DNA of 64,000 nucleotides from Veleropilina oligotropha (Eukaryota): NCBI GenBank assembly GCA_048128005.1, contig JBEUKZ010000084.1, positions 1 to 64,000 of the forward strand, read 5' to 3'. Shown piece by piece: positions 50,861 to 62,062 of this stretch (position 1 is its first letter; each line of letters starts with the position of its first letter). The notes under the pieces were generated by a model. It saw only the letters and a program-made list of their open reading frames with translations, ran no database searches and was not told where the DNA came from. The position numbers and the translations under genes were made by a program.

Positions 50861-53032
50861 ATTATCAAATGAAGAAAAAATTGAATATTTGGTGAAACCC
50901 ACTTTCCTCTGCATTTTATTGACAAACAAAACTGATTTTTAATGAAAATCAAAAACACACTGCACTTTGTTTTATACATGCTATCTCTATATGTTGTGCT
51001 TCCTATACATTTATGCCATGATGATACGTATACCCTAAAGGGTTTTGGTATCACGTAACAATTACATCAACAAATGCACAAAAATATCTTGAAAATATTT
51101 AATATGAATATATCTTCAAAATAATTACGATTTTGACATAATTCAAGTAATTCTGATATATGATGCTTATATGATGAAGTGTTTTTTATTGCTTTAATAA
51201 CAATTATATCAACAAATTCACTAAATTATCTTGAAAATATTTAATATGAATACATTTTTTCATATTTTGACAAGTAATAATTCAATTAACTCTGATATAT
51301 GATGCTTGAACCATATGTTTTACAGTTACTGCATTTATTTTGTTTTACAATGACTTTGACAAATTTTGATCTTGATTGAACTTTCTGATGCTACACATCC
51401 ATGCTCGAGGCTATGGTGTAACTGTCTGGTCGCCGCATAATCAGACATCTGCATCGATCTGTGTTGTTGCTATTATTAGACTAATGGGGCAATAGTTTTA
51501 TCAATTGGACGATAATTTGCTTTGCACTTCCTTTCTCTTGACCATGGTTCAGTGATCAAATTGAATAGGAGGTGGAATTGGATATCGCCTTGAACGTGTT
51601 GACCCACGTTCATCTGTCGTGAGCAGCCTGCAGCTGAATAGGATGGATTTATTACATTATCAGTCGATTTGGCTTCCACCTTGTTTATATTATGACTAAG
51701 CTTTCAATTTTGTATTTTACACAAGAAGATTAAATTGCCACGTGGCACAAGCACCATATCCTTTTCTACTGTGACTCACTGTCGGTGCAGATTGTTTTTG
51801 ACAGTTGTGCCAAAGTATCTGTATGGGAAACTTTGTTCTTACCCATGATGCCAAAGAGAAGGCAATATGATATTTTCTTTGGGTATCTCTGTCAGCTCAT
51901 GTGAGAGCTGGATTAGTCCAATATTCAGTAATTGGGATGGTACCATGTAGCCAATCAGTGTTCTTAATCCTCAATTAGGAGGTTTGCGTCCTGTTGCATG
52001 GTTATGTAGATAATTTCAGTGGATAGTTATAATATCATCAACAGACTTCGCAATGTCACATTGTAGTTTACAAGCATACCGTTTCTATGCTTGCTAATTT
52101 AAGTAGCTACGAAATTGTAAATGAAATTATATAGCAAGTCTCGACCGATGTGCATTCATTCGTAAAATATTAAAGCCATCCGTAATCATGAACAGCAGAT
52201 AAATCTAAAATGAATTTTTGAAATAAATATCAAAATAATGTATTTTTTGTTTTCATGAAAAGTTTATTCATGTAATGCTAATTGTACAATTAATAAATTT
52301 CAGTAAACCATAACATCTTGATCTATTACTTGCATTCTTAATTGTTGAACACGTTTACTGTAACTTATAATGGGCAATGGTCTGCAATCTCTGATTAATG
52401 TTCCTTCCATTTGACTGTTGTTCCACAATGGTATAATAATTATATAGTACTAAGGACCACAGTTTCTCTGCTTTGTGTTGCGTGTAAGCTGGTGTCTGCA
52501 TATATGCACAGCTTGGTGATCGCTGTTGTGCCCCAGTTCTGAGCTGTGGCCCATCAAAGCCAACCAGCTGAAGCCCATGTGTTCCCAGTGTGAAGTGTTG
52601 TATGCACAGTGGTAACACTAGTGCCTCTGAATCACTGATTGTTGTGGGAGAGGTCCCTGCTCACTAGTGTCTGAACTCCAGAGGCAAAGCAACATGTCTG
52701 CCGCTGGGACTAAAATAGACTGTTACATTATAGTGTAGCCAGTGATCAAGATACAATGGGTGATGATCGTATTGGGAGCTTATCTTCGTCTCTGACATGA
52801 TAATCCAGTGAATTATGTTATACATGTCGCATGATTTGCTTTGTGTCTGGATTTGTGCAACTTTGATTCAATGCTGGGATGAAGATAATTAAGTTATACG
52901 TTGAAAGAGCAACAGTCTGAAAGCAGCACAAAGGATCTAACATCTAGTGGCGATTGCGCTCTTTCTTTGTTGCTATGGCTACCACAGAGTTAGAAATCGA
53001 GAAAGAAACTGAATCTAAACTTCATATTGCAG

Positions 53033-53191
53033 GAGGCTGCATGGAGATGGAGGGTTGCATTCCCCCCTCCTGCACAAGTCCAACTCACCCATCCAGCCCC
53101 CTTCGGCCGACCAGAAAGAAACTGGACGTTCCCCAGACAATAATGGATATAGATTATGATCTAATTAACTCAGGAATTGCAATTTTACCAG
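53033..53191 (+). CDS. Coding exon leading into a SEC14/CRAL-TRIO-like domain; PLEKHG4/ARHGEF40 (puratrophin-like) RhoGEF candidate
   Basis: Acceptor ttgcAG at 53031-53032, donor CAG|GTAAG, phase 1/1; ends DLINSGIAILPG, resembling the L..SG...LPG(xRD) start of this domain. Confidence 0.65.
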
Positions 53192-54910
53192 GTAAGTTTA
53201 CAGTTATGTGAATTGATATTGACGTTGTGAGTATAATTTTTCTTTGTTAACAGGCTTATGCAATGAGACTATGCATAAACAAGTGTACGGCCTATTGTTG
53301 CTTGTTGCCAATATGTGCCGCATATGACACTCGATGAATGGATGATGTTAATGATAACATCATAGAATTTGGATATTAATCTCACAGTGTATATCATCAT
53401 ATGGTGACATGAACTATTGCTTGATGTTGAAATTTGACCTGCCAAGCAGGATCAGTGAACAATGCCTGATAGGATGGGGTCAGATATCTGGCAGGTGGGC
53501 AGGAAATCTGTTTAGTCCCTGCGAAGCAATAAATGGGTATAAAAGTTTGGGGTACCAGGGGGTGATCAATGATGATCATTGAACATTGACAAAGTAAAAG
53601 ATATGTATATGAGGGAGTGCATGTTATTATTTGATGTCTCTAAACAACCAGTTACAGCAAAGTTAATAGTCTGCTGCATTATTTTCAACCAGTATCTTAT
53701 TATGTTTCCTTCGGGTATATATTTTGTATGCAAAAGACATTATTATAATTTATGGATGCTTAAGCCTTTTATCTTGCTCTCTATTATGTTGTGATCCAGA
53801 AATGGATTTTGTTACGCAATATCAGATTTATGGATTTTCGGCTGTAACATTAAAACACTTTGTCACACAAACTTCAATTTAGGCTCAAAATGTTCCTTAT
53901 ATCACGGGACAATGACATGATGAATTCTGTAGGATTTAAATCATATCATCCAAGATGGCTGCCAGTTGAATTTCAACTTATGAATATAGGGGTCAATTTT
54001 TTATTTTGCCAAGTCGAATTATATTGTGTTATGCAATCGTGTTATGTTATGCAAATGGTAGTTTTGTTCGCATTTGATTAGTCTGTTTAAGGCTGAAACT
54101 TTGATGGTACACGTACATGTATTGTCATTAGACATGCAGTATCAATGATCTCATGCACCATTAACGCCGGACCAGTTACCTACTTCAGTGTGCCAATCCC
54201 AACAATAAAGTTTACCCAACAAATTTTAATCAACAATGATGAAAGCACAGTGTACATACTTTGTTTACAAACTTATTCCTGATGTTGTTACTGGAAAGGT
54301 CACACGTGAAGCAGCATATCATGAATAGTAATTAGGGCAGCTTGTTGAAACTGAAGTAAAGGCTTTTATTACCAGTATAAAGTTATAATAGTAGACATCA
54401 AGAATACAGTCACCTCATTGTAGAAACTGAGGACCGCCCGGCTAAGTGGATATACGAACATTGTTATCAATCCACTGACACCCCTGATTAATAGTAAATG
54501 GGTTCAAGCCCTCTGCTCAAAGACATCGACATCACAGTTATCCATAACTGTTAGGGGCTGATGACTGAACTGAGATAATCCAGGCTTTCCTCGCATGATA
54601 ATATGTCATATGACATCTGACAATAGAAAACAAAACAGGACAGTAAATGCACAAAATAGTATATAGTATTTAAATGCAAATAAACTTTAAATCTCGGTGA
54701 TGCTTACGTGTATAAAAATGAATCTGAATAGACTTTGTCTGTGATTCTATTTAATCTCAGTGAATTATGGGATCATGTGATCGAGAAAAGTTAAATACAT
54801 AATAGAGAGGTGGGGATTAAGTGCAGGCAATTACAGTCTTGTTACATGTATTGCTGCAGATTGCATATACATGTATATTTAATTTGAGACCTTTCGCGTT
54901 CAGTGTTCAA

Positions 54911-55897
54911 CCTCCTAGCCACCGACTTCCTGAGGACCAAATTCGACATATTTTGGTACCTAAGTAAAAGTTGGTTATTAAACACAAATATAATCATATC
55001 CTAACATATATTACATGAAAGGTAATTGCATGACCTTCAATTTAGAAATTTTAAATTATGCAAATAAGGTTACATGACCTCATATATTTAAAATGGCCGC
55101 CATCTTCATCAAGAATTATGATATTTTCAATTTTCAACCCTATTTTCTTATATTTATTCACATATCCTGTTGTAAATCTTTTATATTCAGATAGTATATT
55201 CAATTTTCTACAAAAGGAGGCATAGAAACGCATTTTTTTTACAATATTAGGGATTTATTCTAATATTACCCAATATGACGTAATAATAAGATATTATACT
55301 ATATCTAAATCAGCATTTTGATACCCACTAATACAGTGAAAAACCACAAAGGAGATCTAATAAAACATGTTACATATGAATAATATTTGTAAGATCTGTA
55401 ATTTGGAATGCCTAAATTTGCTAATATACCACTTGGTCTCATTATAATGCTCATTTATTTTATTATAAGATGGCTGAGATTCCCTGTCAGAAGAGAGGAG
55501 GTGAGTTCAACTTAGACATAATTATTGGAATCATTTTCCGTATCTGAAAGACCGTCATCCGAATCATTCAAATTATTCAATTCAATATCATTCATTCAAT
55601 ATCATTCAAATCGTCTAACATTTGTAAAATAACAATCATTCATCTAATATAGCATGGATCAGCCGCCATTTTGGAAAAAATGACATAATTATTCACCATT
55701 GGTAATCGTAAATAATAATTTATGCATCTAAAGTCGTCTATATTCGTTGTCGTCGTTCTAAATGATAGCGTAATTATTACTAGTCATGTTAATCAGAAAT
55801 TTGAACGTGACTAAGCAATGCACTTTCTATACATTTAACAGTTAAAAGAGCCACAATTGGCCAAGGCGCAGTATACTGCGCTCCGATGGCTACGAGG
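54911..55897. mobile_element. piggyBac-like non-autonomous element
   Basis: TCAA|CCTCCTAGCCACCG ... CGATGGCTACGAGG|TTAA; subterminal palindrome gcgcagtatactgcgc. Confidence 0.65.
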
Positions 55898-56574
55898 TTA
55901 AGTGTGATTCTGACGCACCAATGATTCATGTGTTGTAACTAGATCGGTTTGTTAGAGCGATATACATTGTGTAATGTCTATTATCTTTACTAGTATACAG
56001 CCATAAATATTAGGCCAATGTAGTCACAGCTGGCACATGCATCTATACTGTATAATAGTAACATATTTCAAGGGCAACAATTGTTCTGTCCTAGTTTAGC
56101 GACAAATGATCAAGTGCAAACTGATGATATAAGAAATGTTTTTGTGAAATGTGATTATGTCAGTAACTAAATATGATGTGGCTTATATGTTTGATATTTA
56201 AAAGTCCATTTGGGTTTCTTTTGTCCATATATCATGGTGCAGTGCTTTGTAATATTCAACACTGTCACACTACCTGCACTGTGATTAAAAAGTATGGATG
56301 ATCATGTCGAGTTTGTGCATTTCATAGGATATTTTCCTTCCACGATAAAATTGATAAAACTTAGGACAACATGCAGGAACACAAAGGCAGTGATACCATC
56401 AGATATAATAAATGCTATATTTGTGCTAGCTTGGAACATATTTATATGAAATGTAAATGAATGCACAAATGAAATATGATTGTAAATCCTCCTGAGTGGT
56501 TGTGTGTTTACATTATTATCTTGAATCAAATTCAAATAACTTTAAAAATTTGAGAAGGTCAATGTGTTTCTAAC

Positions 56575-56790
56575 GAGTGTAGGACATAATCCCCCCAGGA
56601 CATAATCCCCCCTATGTTTTTTGACACAGGCGGACATAATCCCCCCCGGCTAAAATACAGGTAGGACATAATCCCCCCCATTCAGATTCAAGGTAGGACA
56701 AAATCCCCCCTCTATAAATTAGCAGATAGGACATAATCCCCCCCTTGGAAATGCGGCATAGGACATAATCCCCCCCCCCCCCCCCGTCCG
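56575..56790 (+). mobile_element. Solo end of a Mutator-like element with GGACATAATCCCCCC repeats
   Basis: Starts GAGTGTAGG, like the element at 39502; ~7 spaced motif copies; no partner arm seen. Confidence 0.55.
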
Positions 56791-59167
56791 CAAATAACAG
56801 ATCAGGTGTCTAGTACCTTTATTGGCACAACAAACATGAAACAATATTAACATTTCGAAGATGATGGATTCAAAATCTATAATAAGGATTTATCCAAGAC
56901 AATCAGCTAACAATATCTCAAATTTCATTACAGCAAATAAATACTGTTCACAGTCTGATGCATTCCCCAATAGCGAACAGGAAACTGGCCATCGATAATT
57001 TCAATTCAATTTACTGAAGCTTTAAACACTTACGTGTTTTTAGCCATCTTCATGTGTACATATACATTGCTGACAGGTAAACATGTATAAAAATATACAT
57101 AGAACATTATAGTTATAGCATTAATATTTACACTAATGCATAATAATGAAGGAAAATGCTTCGTTATATATATGTTCAGTATGTCATCATGGCCATATCT
57201 TACTGTCAGGTGTTTTGCACACAGACCATGGTTGGTTGGTTGATTGGCAACTTTGATTACGACACCCGATTTAAGGTCTCACTCAGATATGACGGACATA
57301 CATTAGGGATATATGCCATCTATTATTTTAAGCGGGTAGAATAAGCAGGTGGTTGACCTCGAACCCGGGCCCTTGTGGCTATCTGGGTTGAGCATCTGAC
57401 ATGCTATCCACTCACCCACCAAAGCAGTTCACAGACCATGGACACCGTACAGATGAGATATGCCTAGTATACATAACATGCACCATTCCTTTCCCAGGTT
57501 ACACTGATAAATCACAGGTTCCAGGTGCCACCCAGACACCCAGAGTCTGTCGGGCATTTCCTGCATTTCTTAACTCTGCCAGAGTTAGAGATTAACTTTC
57601 TCACCTCATCAACATTCTTGCAATGACCATGTAGATGCGACCTGGCTAATCCAAAGGTCAGATGTCCAATATTCTGTGTGACTGATGAGAGATCTAAACC
57701 ATCCTGCTTTAAATTTAATCCCTTGTGGTGTGTGACAACTGTGATTGATTAACCCAAGAGAACATAAACTACGTAGAATGTACTTCTTAAAATGCGAATT
57801 AATGTAAATTACATAATTATTTTTTAATTCAATTAAGTCATTTCTGCATTTTGCAAGAAGGTCAGTGTAAAACTAAACAGGGTTGCAAATTTTTTTAAAT
57901 GTATATGGATCATCCGATGAAGTCGCCCTCAAATATGGACACTGAGATGTAACCTGCCACTGTTTGTGATAGGTTTCCCAAAGTGTTTTGATACATCTAA
58001 CACTTTCATCAACAAATTATATCAGCACCAGATTATATCACCAGAACAATATCAACGCCGTTCATAACACTATCACTAGGAACTTGGTAGCTCTTTGGGA
58101 AACACTTTAGAAGTTAATTAACATCCCTTGAAACTAGCTTATCTGCTTTGATAATTAATTATGTCAGCTGGGCAATGTGACCCAATTAAAAGTCACACTG
58201 TGACAGTTGTTCATAATTGGCCTGTACGATAGCTTTTCCCAGGAAAACAGGCTTTTCTCTGTTGATATGGACATGTCCTGGTATGACCCAGAAAAATGTT
58301 AAAATGAGACATAAAACATTGATCTGATGCAAATCCATTACCTCTGGTCTGGAATGACTCAATTGGACCATGTGGAGCCAGAGACCAGTTGCAGATCATG
58401 GATCAGTGATGCATGACTCTGTGTTGAGGGAGAAGGTTACAACCACCGTGACCTGCTATGAAAGCTATCCAACTGGTTAGAGCATCCAGGTTCTGTACCA
58501 GAGTTATATAACCACATTTATTGCTCTGTGGGTGGCTGTGTTGGGGGTACTGATGCATGTAGAACAATACTAGCATAAGCTGGGAAAATGTAGTCCTTGT
58601 AGGAAATGAATGGATGAAATAATGTTTAATGACCACACAATCAAATATGGTCAATCAGCTTAGACTGAAGGGAATTGATGCTGTGTGCAATGGAGACGTT
58701 GTATATATGGAAACTTTTTGGGAGAGCTGCATCGCAATTATGAAGGCATTCATGGTGCTTGTGCATGCAATCCTTATATTAATATAGTTAACATACTGTA
58801 GATCTTACAATGGAATCTAAGAGTGTATATTCCAGTCTGTGTACAGATATTAAATTAGGATGATCATGAAAACAATGAACTAGCATTATTTGATTTTGAA
58901 TTGAAGTAGTTAGACTGTCATGGTGATGTTGGAAGAGGTCCTTTTTTCATCGATTGAGTTGAAGATCGCATGCATCAACGATGATGTTGGAACAGGTACT
59001 TTTTTCATTGGTGAACTCTCAGAATCCCTTTCAGAAGAAACACTGGTGAAACCCAGTGACTGTCACTAGCTTTGCGCGATAAGAAATTAATTACCACAAC
59101 ATTAATGCTTTCATCAGCACTTGCTGGCAGTAGAAGATTCGTGGAAATTCCCCACTTCAAAGGCATA

Positions 59168-59426
59168 GGAGGAGGAATGATGCTTATTGTCCTGTATATT
59201 TACAACATCGAGGTTCAAGGTAGGACATGTCTGTGTTATCGCGGGAGGAAACCCCGGTCGCCCGGGTAAACCCGTCCTCTTCGACCAGTCACGGACAACT
59301 GTGATTCATAACTTGAACAAATGTCAATGCCTCAGCCAGGTATTGAACCCACTACTGTTCGCATTAGCGGAATCAAGCCAGTGAATTTAGAGTGGACACT
59401 CTACCCACTGCGCTGCCGAAGCGGCC
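59168..59426 (-). mobile_element. Family A SINE, full length
   Basis: Near-identical to the 37029-37285 copy. Confidence 0.93.
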
Positions 59427-59447
59427 CTCATAAGGCACAGAGGCAGA

Positions 59448-59449
<2 letters not shown>

Positions 59450-59484
<35 letters not shown>
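59450..59484. repeat. (TA)n microsatellite
   Basis: Directly visible. Confidence 0.95.
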
Positions 59485-59488
<4 letters not shown>

Positions 59489-60016
59489 ATATGAGACTAT
59501 TCATGTATGAACTCGCCAGTTGTTGATGGTCGACTTGTGTTTTGACAGGACCGTTTCAGATTCATGTGACATCTTCCAACATTTCTATCATAATTTTACC
59601 AGATACACGATTTATATATTTGAAATGTTTCAGAAAGCATTCATTCTGATATGAAGAGATCCTTGCTGTGAATGCCACATAGGAAACTATTAATGCGACA
59701 AATACCGGATGCTGTGTGAAAATGACTGATACTTAGGCTAGATATTAAGTTACAATAGAGGACATGAATTTTATTGCTGGCATAATTAGTTAATGACATA
59801 ACCAGAGTTCTTCTGATATTATCGTCTAAAATATCTCCTGTTAACCAGATTTTGCTAAATGATTCACTGAATTATTTGTGAGAGTCATTTTGTGCAACTG
59901 TATTATGAAGCAATATCTGTTGAACAAAGACTCATTTCCGAGGATTACTTGTCTGACAGGATATGCAGTCTACTCATATTATTCTTGTCAATATTTGAAC
60001 TACGCACAGTACATGT

Positions 60017-60076
60017 GCCGTCGTGGCTCAGTGGGTTGTTCACAGGACTCTGGTCACAGAGGCCCGGGTTCGCCCC
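60017..60076 (+). pseudogene. Truncated tRNA-like/SINE head ending at the viral junction
   Basis: A-box TGGCTCAGTGG, GGACTCTG anticodon-like region, T-arm-like CCGGGTTCGCCCC cut off at 60076. Confidence 0.55.
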
Positions 60077-60325
60077 AGCAGCAGGGGGGGTCAGTAGACT
60101 TTTTAGAATGGGAAAATAAGGCTCCCAGCACCCGTTCCGAGCCTAGGGTAGCTTAGAGTAGGGATGAATGCACCTTTTCCGACCCAACGTAGACTATATA
60201 GAGCCCCCAGGGACGGCCCACTACCCTCGCCGGCCCGGGCTCCTCAGTTATGCGAGCAGTAGCAGGGGGGGGTGATTGGACTTTTTAGAATGGCAAAATA
60301 GCAGCCCGGCGAAGGCTACAGGACA

Positions 60326-60601
60326 TCACTGAGGGCCCGCCGGCGTTTGATTTCGTACAACTCCCTTTCTACCGTCTTTGGTCTTCTTCTTATATATCGC
60401 TTGTTCACCATCGTCGAGTACAACGATCAAAACGTTATAGCCCCGGTTTAAGAGGTTTTTAACGCGCCTGGAGCTCCGTTCGCCGTACAGCGTAGGAATG
60501 TCTTCCTGCGGCATGTTGCTTTCAAGTATAACTACACAACGTCTAACATGCCGGCTGTTTAGATAAATATGTAATTCCCGCTGGCGAGCGTACAGTTGCA
60601 T
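60326..60601 (-). CDS. Small basic viral ORF (~91 aa), unknown function
   Basis: Intact ORF from ATG 60601, co-oriented with and overlapping the upstream ORF; Lys/Arg-rich C-terminus. Confidence 0.5.
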   Translation of the reverse strand: MQLYARQRELHIYLNSRHVRRCVVILESNMPQEDIPTLYGERSSRRVKNLLNRGYNVLIVVLDDGEQAIYKKKTKDGRKGVVRNQTPAGPQ

Positions 60602-60984
60602 GGCGAATGCTGTCCTATCTGACTCCACGAACCCCCGCAGCCGGTAGATAACATAGAGAAGTAATGCCCGCGTTTACCACGGCATAAGGACGGCTCAGCG
60701 CATTCGATGCAGACCACAGTATTTGGGTCGGGGGGAGCCCCCACCCCACACTCATTCTCTCCGATAACATAGTAGTGACACGACGGTGGGGCGACATCAG
60801 GGGGGTCTCCCAGGCGTAGTAGCAAGTTTCTTCGCAAGGGGTCGTGCCTTATATTGTACCGGGGGTGATTTCGGTACCTAGCCCACGTATGTTCGAGAAT
60901 TAATGCAGTGTTGAGCGTGGGGTGGGTGGAGACACCCCCTAGCCAGCACACCGCGGCAATGCACAGAAGTAGCATGGATTTCAT
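60559..60984 (-). CDS. Secreted Cys-rich viral protein (141 aa)
   Basis: Signal-peptide-like MKSMLLLCIAAVCWLGGVST; 8 Cys in the mature part ending in CxC; Kozak-like acaaccATG; TATTAAA ~32 nt upstream. Confidence 0.7.
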   Translation of the reverse strand: MKSMLLLCIAAVCWLGGVSTHPTLNTALILEHTWARYRNHPRYNIRHDPLRRNLLLRLGDPPDVAPPSCHYYVIGENECGVGAPPDPNTVVCIECAEPSLCRGKRGHYFSMLSTGCGGSWSQIGQHSPCNCTLASGNYIFI

Positions 60985-61015
60985 GGTTGTCCAGATATCA
61001 CTGTCGAGTTCTAGC

Positions 61016-61022
61016 TTTAATA
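61016..61022 (-). promoter_or_regulatory. TATTAAA: TATA-like box for the 141-aa gene and/or ATTAAA poly(A) signal for the upstream ORF cluster
   Basis: Only AT-rich motif in the 82-bp gap between ORFs. Confidence 0.4.
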
Positions 61023-61066
61023 CGGGGGAGGGGGGTCCCCACCCACCCCACGCTCAACCTGGATGG

Positions 61067-61699
61067 TTAGTCGCCAGCCCCGATTTTTTTCAGTAGCTCG
61101 GCGCGACCCTCTTTACGACCACGCTCAATAAGCTCGCTTTGGGTCTGTGAAATCGCGGTGTGCGCCTTCCTACTCTTATCCCGGATTGATGCCTTCATGG
61201 CTTGGTATTTCTCCATCTCCCCTGTGACCAGTTGGAATTCATCATCAGACATCACCCCATCTGATAAGGCCTTTGAGACGTGGTCGGTTATGGTATTCAG
61301 CTTGCTGTCGGCCAGGACTCGAATCTCGTCGTGTTTCTTAGCCTTCACCCCGAGGCGCCGGCTGATATATTTCCCACCCATACTGGCGAGCCCACACCCT
61401 AATGCCGCTAATTCCAGCACTAGGACGACCGGGGCGGCTACGATCGTGGAAAGTAGACCAATTCCAGCGCTACCCATACCAAGTGTGGCGACGACTAGCC
61501 CGTTATCTATCCCGTCAACGACGTTAACACCTCGTCGGTACTTTTTATATAATGCAGCCCGTGTGTCCCTCTCTCGTTCTAATTGTCCCTGAAGCTCATT
61601 CACTTTCTGTAGTCGGAAGGACTGTGCCTCATGCAGTTCCGAAATCCCATCGCCACCAAGCTGTGGGTACAGCATTGGCGCTGAGGGTGTGTTGTCCAT
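61067..61699 (-). CDS. Polinton/adintovirus membrane-active protein candidate (coiled coil plus long Gly/Ala hydrophobic hairpin; possibly the GasderminX class)
   Basis: FRLQKVNELQGQLERERDTR..LYKKYRR coil, ~40-aa hydrophobic segment, KKHDEI..LA.SKLNTI...VSKAL.DG..SD.EF; recognised from memory as a recurrent Polinton ORF. Confidence 0.75.
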   Translation of the reverse strand: MDNTPSAPMLYPQLGGDGISELHEAQSFRLQKVNELQGQLERERDTRAALYKKYRRGVNVVDGIDNGLVVATLGMGSAGIGLLSTIVAAPVVLVLELAALGCGLASMGGKYISRRLGVKAKKHDEIRVLADSKLNTITDHVSKALSDGVMSDDEFQLVTGEMEKYQAMKASIRDKSRKAHTAISQTQSELIERGRKEGRAELLKKIGAGD

Positions 61700-62062
61700 C
61701 TATACGTGGCTGTATTGTTCCGGCGGTTGATTCCCCTTGTCTGCCGTAACGTTCAAATACAGAGTGCCGACCCACGGGGCCTTGATGGCAAAGGCGAGGG
61801 TCAACCAGTCCGAATTCAGGCCAAGCTTACTGATGGAACATGCTTTGGGGCCCCCGGCCGGCTGGACCGGCGTCAGGTGGATCATTAGAAGGGCTGGGTT
61901 CAACCCGAACCGACCTCTAGTGTTTGGAAACATGAACTCCCTCCTCGCCAGCCCCTTATTGGGCGCTACCCCACAATTAAGGACAAAGTGCCACCGGGTC
62001 GGGGGGGAAGAGGGCTCATCTGCAAGCAGGGGTAGGGGGAGGGTCCCGTAGATGCTGCTCAT
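61700..62062 (-). CDS. Viral ORF, 120 aa, probably beta-rich, unknown function
   Basis: Fills the gap exactly: ATGA overlap with the penton stop, and its TAG abuts the next ATG. Confidence 0.65.
   Translation of the reverse strand: MSSIYGTLPLPLLADEPSSPPTRWHFVLNCGVAPNKGLARREFMFPNTRGRFGLNPALLMIHLTPVQPAGGPKACSISKLGLNSDWLTLAFAIKAPWVGTLYLNVTADKGNQPPEQYSHV

Noticed and set aside
60820..60880. PRYNIRHDPLR resembling the IL-17 motif SPW.Y....DP.R
   Set aside because: Downstream IL-17 features (P..I.EA.C, V.VGCTC) are absent, so this is too weak to call IL-17.
61158..62051. Plus-strand ORFs in the viral block (61158-61592, 61737-62051) and short ORFs at 63010-63731
   Set aside because: Antisense or out-of-frame shadows of better-supported ORFs in GC-rich DNA.
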